In this document: piece by piece, positions 1 to 9,671 of the stretch
Layout of the letters: every line of letters starts with the position of its first letter
Numbering within the stretch: the first letter of the stretch is position 1
Assembly: GCA_041662525.1 (NCBI GenBank)
Contig: JBAZSF010000002.1
Location: 90,196-154,195, forward strand
Length of the DNA: 64,000 bases
Reading direction: 5' to 3'
Source: Minisyncoccota bacterium
Lineage (GTDB): Bacteria; Patescibacteriota; Minisyncoccia; Phycocordibacterales; UBA9973
Position numbers and translations under genes: made by a program
The notes under the pieces: generated by a model
Told to the model about the DNA's origin: nothing
The model's input: only the letters and a program-made list of their open reading frames with translations
Databases searched by the model: none

Positions 1-366
1 GTTTCTACAAGAGCGCTCAATGAACTAAAAGAAATGATGGATATAAAATGGGGATATATGTGTTATGGCGCTTTGTGGTTTGATCAAACCATGGAAGCTA
101 TTAATGCGTTCAATGATTCGGTAAATGAAAGAGTGACTGGAGAGGTGACAGTAAGACTCTATAAAGGAAATCTAGAAGTGGTGGCCATTACTTCTCCTTA
201 CGCGCTTTCTTATACTTCTTTTAACAACAGCGAGGGATATGATTTTAATGTAAACAATAGTGCAGGATTTACAGAAGTGTATACATTGCAGATGAGATTG
301 GCTAAAGAAATAGACGATAAGAAAAATAAACTTGCCCGCCGTGATGGTGGGAACAAAAAAAGTTAA
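1..366 (+). CDS. argG: argininosuccinate synthase, C-terminal part (gene starts upstream of window)
   Basis: The translation (GALWFDQTMEAINAF...VTVRLYKGN...) matches the ArgG C-terminal domain. The reading frame is open to the window edge. Confidence 0.85.
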   Translation, partial: VSTRALNELKEMMDIKWGYMCYGALWFDQTMEAINAFNDSVNERVTGEVTVRLYKGNLEVVAITSPYALSYTSFNNSEGYDFNVNNSAGFTEVYTLQMRLAKEIDDKKNKLARRDGGNKKS

Positions 367-381
367 TTTAAAAAAATATTT

Positions 382-1584
382 ATGAAAAAATTGTGGGACA
401 AAAAAGGAACAAAAAATACTGATAGTAAAATAAGTCAAACCATTGAGGACTACACTGTCGGAGTGGATTATTTGCTTGATTTAGAACTTTTACCTTATGA
501 CATAGAGGGCACAATGGCTCATGCCAAAATGCTTCATAAAATAAAAATACTAAATAAAAAGGAGCTTGATACTTTGATTATCGGCCTAAATAAAATTTTA
601 GCTCTTTGGAAAGCTGGAAAATTTAAAATTGATAAGATTCAAGAAGATGGACATACGGCAATTGAAGCGTTTCTGACAGAAAATTATGGGGAAGTCGGGA
701 AAAAAGTCCATGCTGGACGATCTAGAAATGATCAATCCTTAGTGATGACTCGTCTTTTTAGTAAAGAAAAACTTTCGGAAATTAAAAAAGGAGTGGAGGT
801 TTTAATTAAAGAATTAGGGAAGCAGATTAAAAAACAGGGAAAAATAAAAATGCCCGGCTATACTCACACCCAAAGAGCGATGCCGAGCTCTGTGGGGATG
901 TGGCTTGGTTCTTTTTCCGATAGTTTAAAAGATGATCTAATTTTAATAGAGGCAGTTATGAAAATTATAGATCAAAATCCACTCGGCTCAGCGGCTGGTT
1001 ATGGGGAAAATGTTTTAGGGTTGGATAAAAAATTTACTACGGAAGTTTTAGGTTTCAAAAAGGTACAGGAGAACCCAATGTATTGTGCTATGTCTCGCGG
1101 GAAATTTGAAAATATTGTTTTGCAAGCTGTCTCGAGCGTACTGTTCGATCTCGGTAAAATATCAAACGACCTTATTCTTTTCACTACTAAAGAATTTGAT
1201 TTCTTTACTCTGCCAGACTCATTTAAAACAGGTTCAAGCATTATGCCCCAAAAGAAAAATTATGATGTCTTGGAATTAGTGAGAGGCAACGTTGCCATTT
1301 TTAATGGCTATCAACATCAAATAGAAAACATTATCAAGAATTTATTTTCTGGATACAATAGAGATTTTCAGCTGACGAAAGAGCCGTACATAAAAGGCAT
1401 TAAGCTTGCTGTGGATACTATTCGTGTGATGGTTCTTGTTATAGAAAACCTTGAAGCAAAAAAAATAAATCTGGAAAATGCTTGCAGTACTGAACTTTAT
1501 GCTACCGATGAAGCTTTCAAATTGGTGAAGGCGGGGAAAAGTTTTAGGGAAGCTTATCAAGAAGTAAAAGAAAAATATCAGTAA
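382..1584 (+). CDS. argH: argininosuccinate lyase
   Basis: Fumarate-lyase signatures GRSRNDQ and GSSIMPQKKN are present. It follows argG. Confidence 0.9.
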   Translation: MKKLWDKKGTKNTDSKISQTIEDYTVGVDYLLDLELLPYDIEGTMAHAKMLHKIKILNKKELDTLIIGLNKILALWKAGKFKIDKIQEDGHTAIEAFLTENYGEVGKKVHAGRSRNDQSLVMTRLFSKEKLSEIKKGVEVLIKELGKQIKKQGKIKMPGYTHTQRAMPSSVGMWLGSFSDSLKDDLILIEAVMKIIDQNPLGSAAGYGENVLGLDKKFTTEVLGFKKVQENPMYCAMSRGKFENIVLQAVSSVLFDLGKISNDLILFTTKEFDFFTLPDSFKTGSSIMPQKKNYDVLELVRGNVAIFNGYQHQIENIIKNLFSGYNRDFQLTKEPYIKGIKLAVDTIRVMVLVIENLEAKKINLENACSTELYATDEAFKLVKAGKSFREAYQEVKEKYQ

Positions 1585-1587
1585 AAT

Positions 1588-2568
1588 ATGGAAGACATAA
1601 ATCCTTGGAATTTAAAAAAACAAATGCTTAGAGCCATAAATGAACATGGCGGATTTGTGAGCTGTCATGCGCATTTTGATAAAGCTTATTTTATAACCAG
1701 GGAAGGCCTAGACAAAGCCATGATTGATATGGAAGTAAAATGGTTTATGAGTGATGGCATAAAAAGGAATAGCACTGTGGAAGATATCAAAGTAAGAATA
1801 AGACGAGCTTTGGATTTTCAAATTAAGCAGGGATGTGAAATAACTTGTACTTTTGTAGATGCTTATGATGCTGTCGGACATAAAGCCATCGATGCGGCCC
1901 TAGCCGTGAAAGAAGAATATAAAGATAGAATAACTTTGTTGATTGCTACTCAGCCCCTAGGTGGACTGATAGACGATAACGCTCGTGCGCTTTATGAAGA
2001 AATCACTGCGAAGGCAGATATCGCTGGTGGGCTACCTTCCAAAGATCGTCCAGATGATGAGAAAAGTTTAGATTATCTTTTTGAAATTGCTAAGAAATTA
2101 AACAAGCCAGTGCATGTGCACATCGATCAAGAAAATAATCCAAATGAGCGTGATATGGAAAAATTAATTGCTGCGGTGAAGCGACATCATTATGAGGGGA
2201 GGACTGTCGCCATTCATGGTATTTCTGTTTCTGCGCAACCAAAAGAATATCGGATGAAAATTTATAAAGAAATGGCAGAGCTCGGTATCGCTGTAGTAGT
2301 GTGTCCGTCTGCGGCGCTTTCTATGCGACAGCTTGATCAATACTCTGCTCCGGTCCATAACTCCATAGCGAATGTGCCGGAAATGCTAGAAGCCGGAGTA
2401 CTAGTAGGCCTCGGCGTGGATAACATTGCGGACTTCTATGAACCTTTCGTGGATGGAGATATGTGGGTTGAATTGCGTTTGATGCAAGAAGCTTGCCGAT
2501 ACTACAACCTTGATGAATTAGTGAAAGTCGCTTCCACCAATGGAACTAAAATTCTTTGGTATAAATAA
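1588..2568 (+). CDS. amidohydrolase-superfamily metal-dependent hydrolase (cytosine-deaminase-like)
   Basis: HxH (SCHAHFD), HVHIDQ, AIHG and GVDN motifs are spaced as in CodA-like amidohydrolases. It is translationally coupled to argH, and its GC is higher than the neighbours. Confidence 0.5.
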   Translation: MEDINPWNLKKQMLRAINEHGGFVSCHAHFDKAYFITREGLDKAMIDMEVKWFMSDGIKRNSTVEDIKVRIRRALDFQIKQGCEITCTFVDAYDAVGHKAIDAALAVKEEYKDRITLLIATQPLGGLIDDNARALYEEITAKADIAGGLPSKDRPDDEKSLDYLFEIAKKLNKPVHVHIDQENNPNERDMEKLIAAVKRHHYEGRTVAIHGISVSAQPKEYRMKIYKEMAELGIAVVVCPSAALSMRQLDQYSAPVHNSIANVPEMLEAGVLVGLGVDNIADFYEPFVDGDMWVELRLMQEACRYYNLDELVKVASTNGTKILWYK

Positions 2569-2596
2569 AAAAATACCTTATTCAGGTAAAAGTGAG

Positions 2597-2636
2597 ACAG
2601 GCAGAGCGGGTGTAAATCCTGCTCTGCCTGTTTGAT
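2597..2636 (+). terminator. rho-independent terminator hairpin
   Basis: caggcagagc ... gctctgcctg stem followed by a T-rich tail. Confidence 0.55.
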
Positions 2637-2719
2637 ATCAAACTATAAAAAAATACTAAAACTAGTGCTTAAGCCGGCTGTTTTATGCCAGATCTCTTCC
2701 TTTTGCTTCCCTTAAGAAC

Positions 2720-3076
2720 TTAAGCGGATGCTGCCGTTGGGGGTGTCAGCCGGGCCGTGGCCTCGTTCCTTGCCATCTTCTGTCCCGTGTCTATGTATGC
2801 CAGGTCGAGGGCTTTCTGTCCGGGATCCATTTTCGCCAGGTCGAGCGCCTTATATTCAACGGCTGCTACGTCCCACGTTTGTCCAGTGTCAGTCTTCGCC
2901 ACATCGGGAAGGGCCATCTCTTTTGTGTCAAGCGTCGCAGGTGTAATCGTTGCCACAGAAGGGCATATCACCGTAGGCTCAGAAGCCACAGCCATCGTTG
3001 TTCCAACGCCCGGAACCAACATCAGGCTTACCATAGTCATGCAGCCGAACAGCATCAAAAACAGAAACTTCTTCAT
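2720..3076 (-). CDS. small secreted protein, GC-rich island (~55% GC)
   Basis: N-terminal signal peptide, internal D(T/P)GQ(T/K) repeats and a strong AGGAGG Shine-Dalgarno site 6 nt before the ATG. Composition is very different from its surroundings. Confidence 0.55.
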   Translation of the reverse strand: MKKFLFLMLFGCMTMVSLMLVPGVGTTMAVASEPTVICPSVATITPATLDTKEMALPDVAKTDTGQTWDVAAVEYKALDLAKMDPGQKALDLAYIDTGQKMARNEATARLTPPTAASA

Positions 3077-3239
3077 GTTGTCCTCCTTATGAAGAAAAAA
3101 GTTTTACTCTAAATTTTATCAACAAGTTCTCTAGCTTGTCGACACGGGTTTCGAGTGTTCCCGTTTAGTGATTCAAAGAGCCTCCTCTAATTAGATACTA
3201 TCAAATAACGATTTTTCGTCAATTATGAAGAATCGTTAT

Positions 3240-3250
3240 TGTGGATAACT
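3240..3250 (-). promoter_or_regulatory. AGTTATCCACA box (DnaA-box consensus)
   Basis: Exact 11-mer on the minus strand, ~165 bp upstream of the secreted-protein gene that starts at 3076. A 9-bp inverted repeat (ataacgatt...aatcgttat) lies adjacent. Confidence 0.4.
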
Positions 3251-3264
3251 ATAAAAGTGTTAGT

Positions 3265-4320
3265 TTACTGACTCTCTAAAAACTGAAATATTTTTTCGTT
3301 AGTGAGGACATTTTCGGCGTGCATGCGGGCGCGTTCAGGGTCTGCGTCTTTGTAGTGTTCTAAGATTGCTGCGACTTCGTTGGCTACTTGCTCGTCGTCG
3401 GCGACTATCTTTTCTACTTTCGCTATTTCATTTAATATGAGAGCAAGCTTGGCTTTTTTCTCGGCATCAGTTCTGAATTCTTTTCTTAAATCTTCTTTTG
3501 TTTTATTTAAATGTTTTAGATAATCCTCAAACTTTAAGCCCATTTGGGTGATGTCGGACTCCATGCGATATAAAATCTTATCCAATTCAATTTCCACTAA
3601 AATTTCAGGCAAGTCCACTTGACTACCCTCCACTATTTCTTCAATGATTTTTAAGCGAGTTTTTTCTTTTTGCTGATTCTCTTTTTCTAGTTTTATATTT
3701 TCCTTAAGCTTGATTTTAAAATCTTCTACATCTTTAAAGGGACCAAGGCCTTTCACAAAGTTATCGTTAAGTTCAGGTATTTCTGGTTCTGGATGAACAT
3801 GTTCCTCTCCCTCCTTGTGTTCATGCTCTGCCATATGCACTTTGGGAGCGCGAGATTTCCGGATGTCCATGATGGTATTATCTAAATCTTCATCAGAGAC
3901 AACGATGTTTTTCTCAGTCTCAGTAACATCCCCGATTATTTTTTTAGAGATATTTTTATATTCAGGGAGTTTTATTTCCGGCAAAATAGCAGTTTTAATT
4001 TTAAAACCTAGAGGGTTTTTGCGCGCTAATTTTATAATAGAAATTTCTGGCCTGCCTATAACATCTATTTTCTCATCTTCAATAATTTTTGGATAATGTT
4101 CGCTCAAAGCCATCTCTGCCATTTCTTCCAAAATAGCAATTTCTGGTATATTGGAAAGCAAAACATTCTCTGGTACTTTGCCTTTTCGGAAACCGTCTAA
4201 TTTTACATTTTCACCGAGCTTTTTTAAAGCTTTTGCGTAATAAGACTCAAATATTTCAGAATCAATTTCACCTTCTATTTCTACTTCACTTTGCGGGAGT
4301 TTTTTAATTGTTGTTTTCAT
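3265..4320 (-). CDS. tig: trigger factor (short form)
   Basis: The N-terminal ribosome-binding motif GFRKGKVP is present, together with trigger-factor N and C domains. Confidence 0.8.
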   Translation of the reverse strand: MKTTIKKLPQSEVEIEGEIDSEIFESYYAKALKKLGENVKLDGFRKGKVPENVLLSNIPEIAILEEMAEMALSEHYPKIIEDEKIDVIGRPEISIIKLARKNPLGFKIKTAILPEIKLPEYKNISKKIIGDVTETEKNIVVSDEDLDNTIMDIRKSRAPKVHMAEHEHKEGEEHVHPEPEIPELNDNFVKGLGPFKDVEDFKIKLKENIKLEKENQQKEKTRLKIIEEIVEGSQVDLPEILVEIELDKILYRMESDITQMGLKFEDYLKHLNKTKEDLRKEFRTDAEKKAKLALILNEIAKVEKIVADDEQVANEVAAILEHYKDADPERARMHAENVLTNEKIFQFLESQ

Positions 4321-4359
4321 AGTTTTTTTAGTCTATATTTTTTTATGTTTTTTGTCAAA

Positions 4360-4396
4360 ATAAAAATCCCCGGAATATCCGGGGATTTTTATTTTG
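4360..4396 (-). terminator. rho-independent terminator
   Basis: aaaaatccccgg-aatat-ccggggattttt, a perfect hairpin with flanking T runs. Confidence 0.75.
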
Positions 4397-4402
4397 TGAT
4401 TT

Positions 4403-4618
4403 TTAATTTACACTATTCAAATCTACACCAGTGTTAGTATCTGTCGTTTGTAGATCTGCTTCTAAGGTATTTAGATCAGCAGAATCCTCAATGGTGATAT
4501 TTTCAGATGTGGTCAAATTTTTATTTGACTTCCAGATAAATATTCCACCAATAATAAGAATAAGAACAATCACTACTATTCCAATTGATACCCCGTTTGA
4601 TTTTTTTTCTATTTCCAT
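4403..4618 (-). CDS. small single-pass membrane protein
   Basis: One hydrophobic helix (IGIVVIVLILIIGGIFIW). Confidence 0.4.
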   Translation of the reverse strand: MEIEKKSNGVSIGIVVIVLILIIGGIFIWKSNKNLTTSENITIEDSADLNTLEADLQTTDTNTGVDLNSVN

Positions 4619-4679
4619 AGTTTTCCTCGACTAGCGAGGTAAGTTAAATTTGATTAATAATTTATTGATTATTATTTTC

Positions 4680-5525
4680 TTATGAATTATCTAGTTCCAT
4701 TTTTATCTTTACTGCATCTTTTAATGACTTTACTGCATCTTTTAGTGCTTGGTGAGCATCTTTTATAAGAGTTTGAGTATCTCTTGCAAGAATCACTAAA
4801 TTAGCTTTTTGTGTTGCAGAAAGAGCATTAATTGAAGTTGCTAAAATTGCGTTCATTTCTGTTATTTTTGCGTTAGCGGCATTTAGTTTTGTTTCAGCAG
4901 TTGCTACAAAAATTTTAGCATTAGAGACGTCTACCCCCTTTATTGTTAATTTAGCTATTTGATCATTAACTCTATTTTTTAAATCGTTTATTCTTAGAAC
5001 CGCTGCATTAAATCTCTCTAAAGCATTTTCTCGTCCAACGATTCTTGCTTCTTTAATCTTTGCTTTTGCAGCATCTTTTTCATTTTTAATTAGATTTCTT
5101 AGATCTTCCAATTTATTTTTGACTGTTTCTCTTTGCACTTGATTGGCGCGTAGTACATTATCGTTGCTGGAATTATCAATACGTACCCCAGCTGCGTTAA
5201 AATCTCCACTACCTTGATCTGGAGTTCCGTCGTCATCACTACTGTTGGAAGAATTATCAATACGTACCCCAGCTGCGTTGAAATCTCCGCTACCTTGATC
5301 TGGAGTCCCATCATCATCACTGCTATTACTGGAATTATCAATACGTACTCCGGCTGCGTTGAAATCTCCGCTACCTTGATCTGGAGTCCCATCGTCATTA
5401 CTACTAATACCACTGTTAGAGTTTCCAGAACCTGACACCCCATCTTTTGCTTGAGAATTAGTTACACCCACAATAAACGCTAACATTAAAAAAACAACAA
5501 ATAAACCAAAATATTTTTTTATCAT
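4680..5525 (-). CDS. secreted protein with 3 tandem 28-aa repeats and a coiled-coil C-terminus
   Basis: Signal peptide, then (DDGTPDQGSGDFNAAGVRIDNSSNSS)x3, then a K/E/A-rich heptad region. Confidence 0.6.
   Translation of the reverse strand: MIKKYFGLFVVFLMLAFIVGVTNSQAKDGVSGSGNSNSGISSNDDGTPDQGSGDFNAAGVRIDNSSNSSDDDGTPDQGSGDFNAAGVRIDNSSNSSDDDGTPDQGSGDFNAAGVRIDNSSNDNVLRANQVQRETVKNKLEDLRNLIKNEKDAAKAKIKEARIVGRENALERFNAAVLRINDLKNRVNDQIAKLTIKGVDVSNAKIFVATAETKLNAANAKITEMNAILATSINALSATQKANLVILARDTQTLIKDAHQALKDAVKSLKDAVKIKMELDNS
5160..5415 (-). repeat. 3 x 84-bp near-perfect tandem repeat inside the CDS
   Basis: The unit ...atcaatacgtacyccrgctgcgttgaaatctccgctaccttgatctggagtcccatc... is seen directly three times. 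Confidence 0.85.
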
Positions 5526-5602
5526 ATATATTTTTTATAGAGATTACTAATTAATAATAGTACTTATTGTAAAACAATAACATTAATTTAGTATTAACTT
5601 GA

Positions 5603-6187
5603 TTATTCGAAATTCTTTAGATAAATATCTTTATATCTTTCTTCGCATTCCTTTGTTATTTTTAGAGCTTCAGTTTTGTCAAAAAAACCTTTTGTTATTC
5701 CTGTGCTAGGTTTTTTAAGATGTTTATAATATTCCCAGAAATGAGTAGTTTCTTTTTTAAACTGTTCTCCTAAATCATCAATTGATTTAATGTGGTCACT
5801 TCTTCTATCCTCAGACAACACAGCAATTATTTTATCATCAATTTCTCCTCCATCTTCAAACTTCATTACACCGATAATACGAGCTTCAACCAAACAGCCA
5901 GGTACAAGTGGTTCGGTCACATTGGCTATACAAATATCAAGAGGATCATTGTCATAGTCCCAAGTTTGAGGTATTGCTCCATATGAAAAAGGATAAGCGA
6001 GAGACGAATAACCGACTCGGTCAAGTTTGAGTTGTCCAGATTCTGTGATTATTTCATATTTACTGATAGCGCCAGAATTTATTTCAATTATTGCGTTCAC
6101 GACATCAATCTTTTCTTCTACAAAAGGAGAAAGAGCATGCAATAAATTTAGCATGTATTTCGAGGGTTTTTGATTTATGTTTGCCAT
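5603..6187 (-). CDS. ppa: inorganic pyrophosphatase (family I)
   Basis: DPLDICI and EARIIGVMKFEDGGEIDDKIIAV motifs. Confidence 0.85.
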   Translation of the reverse strand: MANINQKPSKYMLNLLHALSPFVEEKIDVVNAIIEINSGAISKYEIITESGQLKLDRVGYSSLAYPFSYGAIPQTWDYDNDPLDICIANVTEPLVPGCLVEARIIGVMKFEDGGEIDDKIIAVLSEDRRSDHIKSIDDLGEQFKKETTHFWEYYKHLKKPSTGITKGFFDKTEALKITKECEERYKDIYLKNFE

Positions 6188-6202
6188 GTGTTTATTCTAC
6201 TT

Positions 6203-7411
6203 CTATTCCTCACTTTTTTCAACTACAGAGGAATCTTCTGTGGAAACATTTGTATCGTCTCCTTTGATGTCTATTCTCCATCCAGTGAGCTTGGCAGCTA
6301 GGCGTACATTTTGTCCACCTTTACCGATAGCGAGGGAAAGTTGGTCATTTGCTACTTCTACGATGGCTTTATGTTCTTTTTCATCTATCTCAATAGAAAT
6401 AACTTTTGCTGGAGAAAGGGAATTGGATACGAATTGTATAGGGTTTTCGGACCAAGGAATGATGTCAATTTTCTCTCCTGAAAGTTCTGTCGTAATAGTA
6501 TTTACTCGAGTTCCTTTTTGTCCGACACAAGAGCCGACTGGGTCGATATGTTCATCGTTTGAATAAACTGCAATTTTTGAACGAGCGCCTGCTTCACGAG
6601 CAACGGATTTTATTTCCACTATGCCTTTCTCTATTTCTGGCGCTTCGATGGCAAAAAGTTTTTCAACAAATTTAGGGTGAGTCCGAGAAAGACGCAAGTT
6701 TATACCTCGATGAGTGTCTTCTACACTATAAAGATAAGCTCGTATTCTTTGTCCTCGAGCCCAATATTCTCCTGGGATTTGTTCTTCGGTGGGCAATATC
6801 CCTGTCGCTCTATTGAAATCAACATAGACATTTCCACGTTCTACTTTTTGAACTATACCAGAGATAACTTCGCCTTCCTTGGTGCCATATTCGTCTATGA
6901 TAGAAGTACGTTCTGCTTCACGGATTTTCTGGATGATGACTTGCTTGGCAGTCTGTGCAGCAATACGCCCATAATCATCTTTTTGTTCCAATGGAAAAAT
7001 GATTTCATCGTTGAGCTCTGCTCCTTTCTTTATTTTTTTTGCATCTTCGAGAAGGATGTGGTGTTCAGAATTAAAATGTACTCGTTCATCAGTATTGTCT
7101 TTGAGAGAATATTCATCATCATGTTTTTTTTCTCCATCCATAATAGCAATAGTTTCATCTACCACGATTTTTACTTGGAAGAAATCTGTTTTACCAGTCT
7201 CCATATCAAAACGAGCCCGGATGATTTGTCCTTTTTTGCCGTAATCTTTTTTATAAGCAGCAGCCATTGCTTGTTCTATAGCTTCTAATATTTTTGCTTT
7301 TGGAATTTTCTTTTCTTCTTCTAATTGTTCTAAAGCAGATTTGAATGTTTTTATATCTAACATTGATTTTGCGAAATCACGTCGCGCAACCGTCCGATTA
7401 GCGTGACGCAA
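6203..7411 (-). CDS. nusA: transcription termination/antitermination factor NusA
   Basis: NusA N-terminal domain, S1 domain and two KH domains (GQKGTRVN..., GKGGQNVRLA). Confidence 0.9.
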   Translation of the reverse strand: MRHANRTVARRDFAKSMLDIKTFKSALEQLEEEKKIPKAKILEAIEQAMAAAYKKDYGKKGQIIRARFDMETGKTDFFQVKIVVDETIAIMDGEKKHDDEYSLKDNTDERVHFNSEHHILLEDAKKIKKGAELNDEIIFPLEQKDDYGRIAAQTAKQVIIQKIREAERTSIIDEYGTKEGEVISGIVQKVERGNVYVDFNRATGILPTEEQIPGEYWARGQRIRAYLYSVEDTHRGINLRLSRTHPKFVEKLFAIEAPEIEKGIVEIKSVAREAGARSKIAVYSNDEHIDPVGSCVGQKGTRVNTITTELSGEKIDIIPWSENPIQFVSNSLSPAKVISIEIDEKEHKAIVEVANDQLSLAIGKGGQNVRLAAKLTGWRIDIKGDDTNVSTEDSSVVEKSEE

Positions 7412-7505
7412 TTTTTATTAAATTTTATTAAAAAAAGCCCTGTTGCTACAGGACTCATATATAAGAATAGTATCATAGGAGCTATTTTAATGCAATCCCG
7501 TGAAT

Positions 7506-7516
7506 AGTTATCCACA
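7506..7516 (+). promoter_or_regulatory. AGTTATCCACA box within a gtgaat/attcac inverted repeat
   Basis: Exact 11-mer, 48 bp upstream of the ORF at 7564. Confidence 0.4.
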
Positions 7517-7563
7517 CCCCTGATTCACCCTTTTTATTTTTTGTTCTATACTTGAATTAACTT

Positions 7564-7833
7564 ATGAATAAAAATCAAAAGATCGCAATAATTATTTTGA
7601 TTATCATCCTTTTAGGTTTGTTTATCTTTTATTTTATCTTTAAACCGAAATCACCTCCACCTCTTACAGAAATGGAAGCAAAACAAGCTCTCATTGATTC
7701 CATTACTATCCCCACTACTGCACCAATATCAATGAATGAAAAAGAATCAAAGCAACTCATTGATTCCATTACCATACCAAAAAAAACAACAACTATTATT
7801 AATAACAAAAAAATTAAATTTAATGAAAACTAA
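7564..7833 (+). CDS. small membrane protein with duplicated LIDSITIP motif
   Basis: N-terminal TM helix and an internal duplication. It overlaps the next gene start by 11 bp. Confidence 0.35.
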   Translation: MNKNQKIAIIILIIILLGLFIFYFIFKPKSPPPLTEMEAKQALIDSITIPTTAPISMNEKESKQLIDSITIPKKTTTIINNKKIKFNEN

Positions 7834-8776
7834 AATAATCCAAAACATAAAATCAATAATCCTAGCGTTAATGTTGGTAGCCGGAGTTAGTTATGTTTCT
7901 GCTGTTGGTACGTGGAGTGGTCCAACAGCGACTGCACCTGGTAATAATACTGATACACCACTGAATGTAGGTAGTACACTTCAATCAAAAAGTGGTTGGC
8001 TTGGAGTGGGGGGGATCTTTACGCCTTCAGTTTCAATGGATATACGGAATACCGGTGGGTTATTGGGTGGTCTAACTACAACAGGAGGGGCAGTGTTAAA
8101 TACAGGTGGAGCTACTAATGGCCTTATTGTACAAAATGGTAAAGTTGGAATTGGGACAGCGACTCCAAACTCCGCGTTGGCTTTTGGCAATACTTTAAAC
8201 CCTTTAAATATAGCAAGCGGAGCCGCTCGGACAGATTCAAAAATTTTGCTTTACGATCTCGGGGCTTCTAATTGGGCGGGTATTGGCGCTGATCAGGCCG
8301 GAGCACTTTGGTTACGAAATGGAACGTCTGCTTCTAATTATTTAGTAATGTTACCAAGCAACGGTAATGTCGGGATTGGAACAACGAATCCGGTAGCGAG
8401 GCTGGATGTGAATGGAGAGATTAATGCGTATATGAAAATAATATTTGTTGGCTTACAAAAGACTCCAAATCCTGTAAGTGATTACGTGTTTTCTTTTAAT
8501 GTTCCAGCTCAATATACCATAGCTATGGCACAAAAAATTGCAGCTAGATTTTGTAGTCAAGCATTTCCCGTTTACGGAGATGATATATGTTGGTTTGGAA
8601 TCGGCTGTGCAGGACCGAATCATTATTCTGATATTGGAGCTTTTAAAATAAATAAAAATTATCAAGCTAATTTCCCGACGGGTAGTTGGAAAGAATCTGA
8701 TAATATAACCACGCCTACATATATTTTTAAGGATGAGAATAACGTTACTACGACGAATAAATGTAATTGGAACTAG
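7823..8776 (+). CDS. secreted protein with tail-fibre-like repeats and a Cys-rich C-terminus
   Basis: Signal peptide (ILALMLVAGVSYVSA), then VGIGTATPNSAL and VGIGTTNPVARLDVNG motifs typical of phage tail-fibre or glycine-rich beta-helix repeats. Six Cys residues lie in the last 100 aa. The ATG at 7823 was chosen instead of the ORF-track start. Confidence 0.55.
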   Translation: MKTKIIQNIKSIILALMLVAGVSYVSAVGTWSGPTATAPGNNTDTPLNVGSTLQSKSGWLGVGGIFTPSVSMDIRNTGGLLGGLTTTGGAVLNTGGATNGLIVQNGKVGIGTATPNSALAFGNTLNPLNIASGAARTDSKILLYDLGASNWAGIGADQAGALWLRNGTSASNYLVMLPSNGNVGIGTTNPVARLDVNGEINAYMKIIFVGLQKTPNPVSDYVFSFNVPAQYTIAMAQKIAARFCSQAFPVYGDDICWFGIGCAGPNHYSDIGAFKINKNYQANFPTGSWKESDNITTPTYIFKDENNVTTTNKCNWN

Positions 8777-8808
8777 TCTAATTAAGATTAAATTTTTACA
8801 GAAAATAC

Positions 8809-8840
8809 AAAAAACCGGGAATCGTCTCGGTTTTTTGTAT
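8809..8840 (+). terminator. terminator hairpin
   Basis: aaaaaccgggaatcgtctcggtttttt. Confidence 0.5.
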
Positions 8841-8956
8841 TTTGGAGTGCTCTTGATTTTTATTTGTTGGTATGTTAGAATAAAAATTGAAAAAAGAGGG
8901 CCTTGGGCTCTTTGAAAGTACAATAAATAAAAAAAACTAAAAGGGGGTCGAAAAAA

Positions 8957-9649
8957 ATGAAAATAAAAGGGATTGTTTTTTTATTTTTATTTACGTTATT
9001 GGTCGGTTGTGGGGGAGGCGGGTCCTCCGAAATAGTTAGCGTCACCGTAGGCCAGCCTGCGGTGAAAAAAATATGCACAGTTGGCGACAGTAACGACTGT
9101 CGCCTGACTGAGGTTGTATCTGAAACCCAGTCAGGATACGAATACTTAAATTTGGGAGTGGGTGGTTATACCACTGCCCAGATGTTGCAAAAACTGAGGA
9201 GTGACACCTCAGTTAATGGCGAATTTGGCTCCGCTTGGGTCTGGGGAGGAACGAACGATCTCATAACCGGAGTTTCGGTTGATGAGATTAAAAAAAATTT
9301 GCAGGATATTTACAACATCCTGCATTATAGGGGTATAACAGTTGTTGCTTTGACTGTCATGCCCTTCGGAAATTGGAAAGGCGACCCAGCTTTTCCACTC
9401 TGGGGTCCGTGGACTCCAGAGAAACAGGTTCAGCTTGAGGAGCTGAATCATTGGATTATCAATGAAGCTCAGGTTGACCATGTGGTTAATCTGAGCTGGG
9501 TGGCAGATCCAAACAATCCCTTTATTATCAATCCTAGACGGGATCGAGGTGATGGGGTTCATGTTACGGACGAAACCTACAGAGATGTAGGCACGTTCGT
9601 TTTAAATAAAATGCAAAATAAGCCATCGCCAACACTGGCGATGAGATAA
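8957..9649 (+). CDS. SGNH/GDSL-family hydrolase lipoprotein
   Basis: Lipobox LLVGC, GDS block (TVGDSND) and GGTND block. GC is ~50% and a strong GGGGG Shine-Dalgarno site is present. Confidence 0.7.
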   Translation: MKIKGIVFLFLFTLLVGCGGGGSSEIVSVTVGQPAVKKICTVGDSNDCRLTEVVSETQSGYEYLNLGVGGYTTAQMLQKLRSDTSVNGEFGSAWVWGGTNDLITGVSVDEIKKNLQDIYNILHYRGITVVALTVMPFGNWKGDPAFPLWGPWTPEKQVQLEELNHWIINEAQVDHVVNLSWVADPNNPFIINPRRDRGDGVHVTDETYRDVGTFVLNKMQNKPSPTLAMR

Positions 9650-9671
9650 AAGATAAAAAGGATGTATCACA

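Noticed and set aside
5099-5443. Overlapping ORFs 5099..5443 (-) and 5214..5435 (+) within the tandem-repeat gene.
   Set aside because: They are alternative frames of the 84-bp repeats. The products are repetitive nonsense compared with the coherent signal-peptide protein in the chosen frame.
6177-7288. Plus-strand ORFs 6177..6566, 6677..7288 and 6999..7244 opposite nusA.
   Set aside because: They are antisense to a high-confidence nusA. Translations are F/S/I-rich low complexity.
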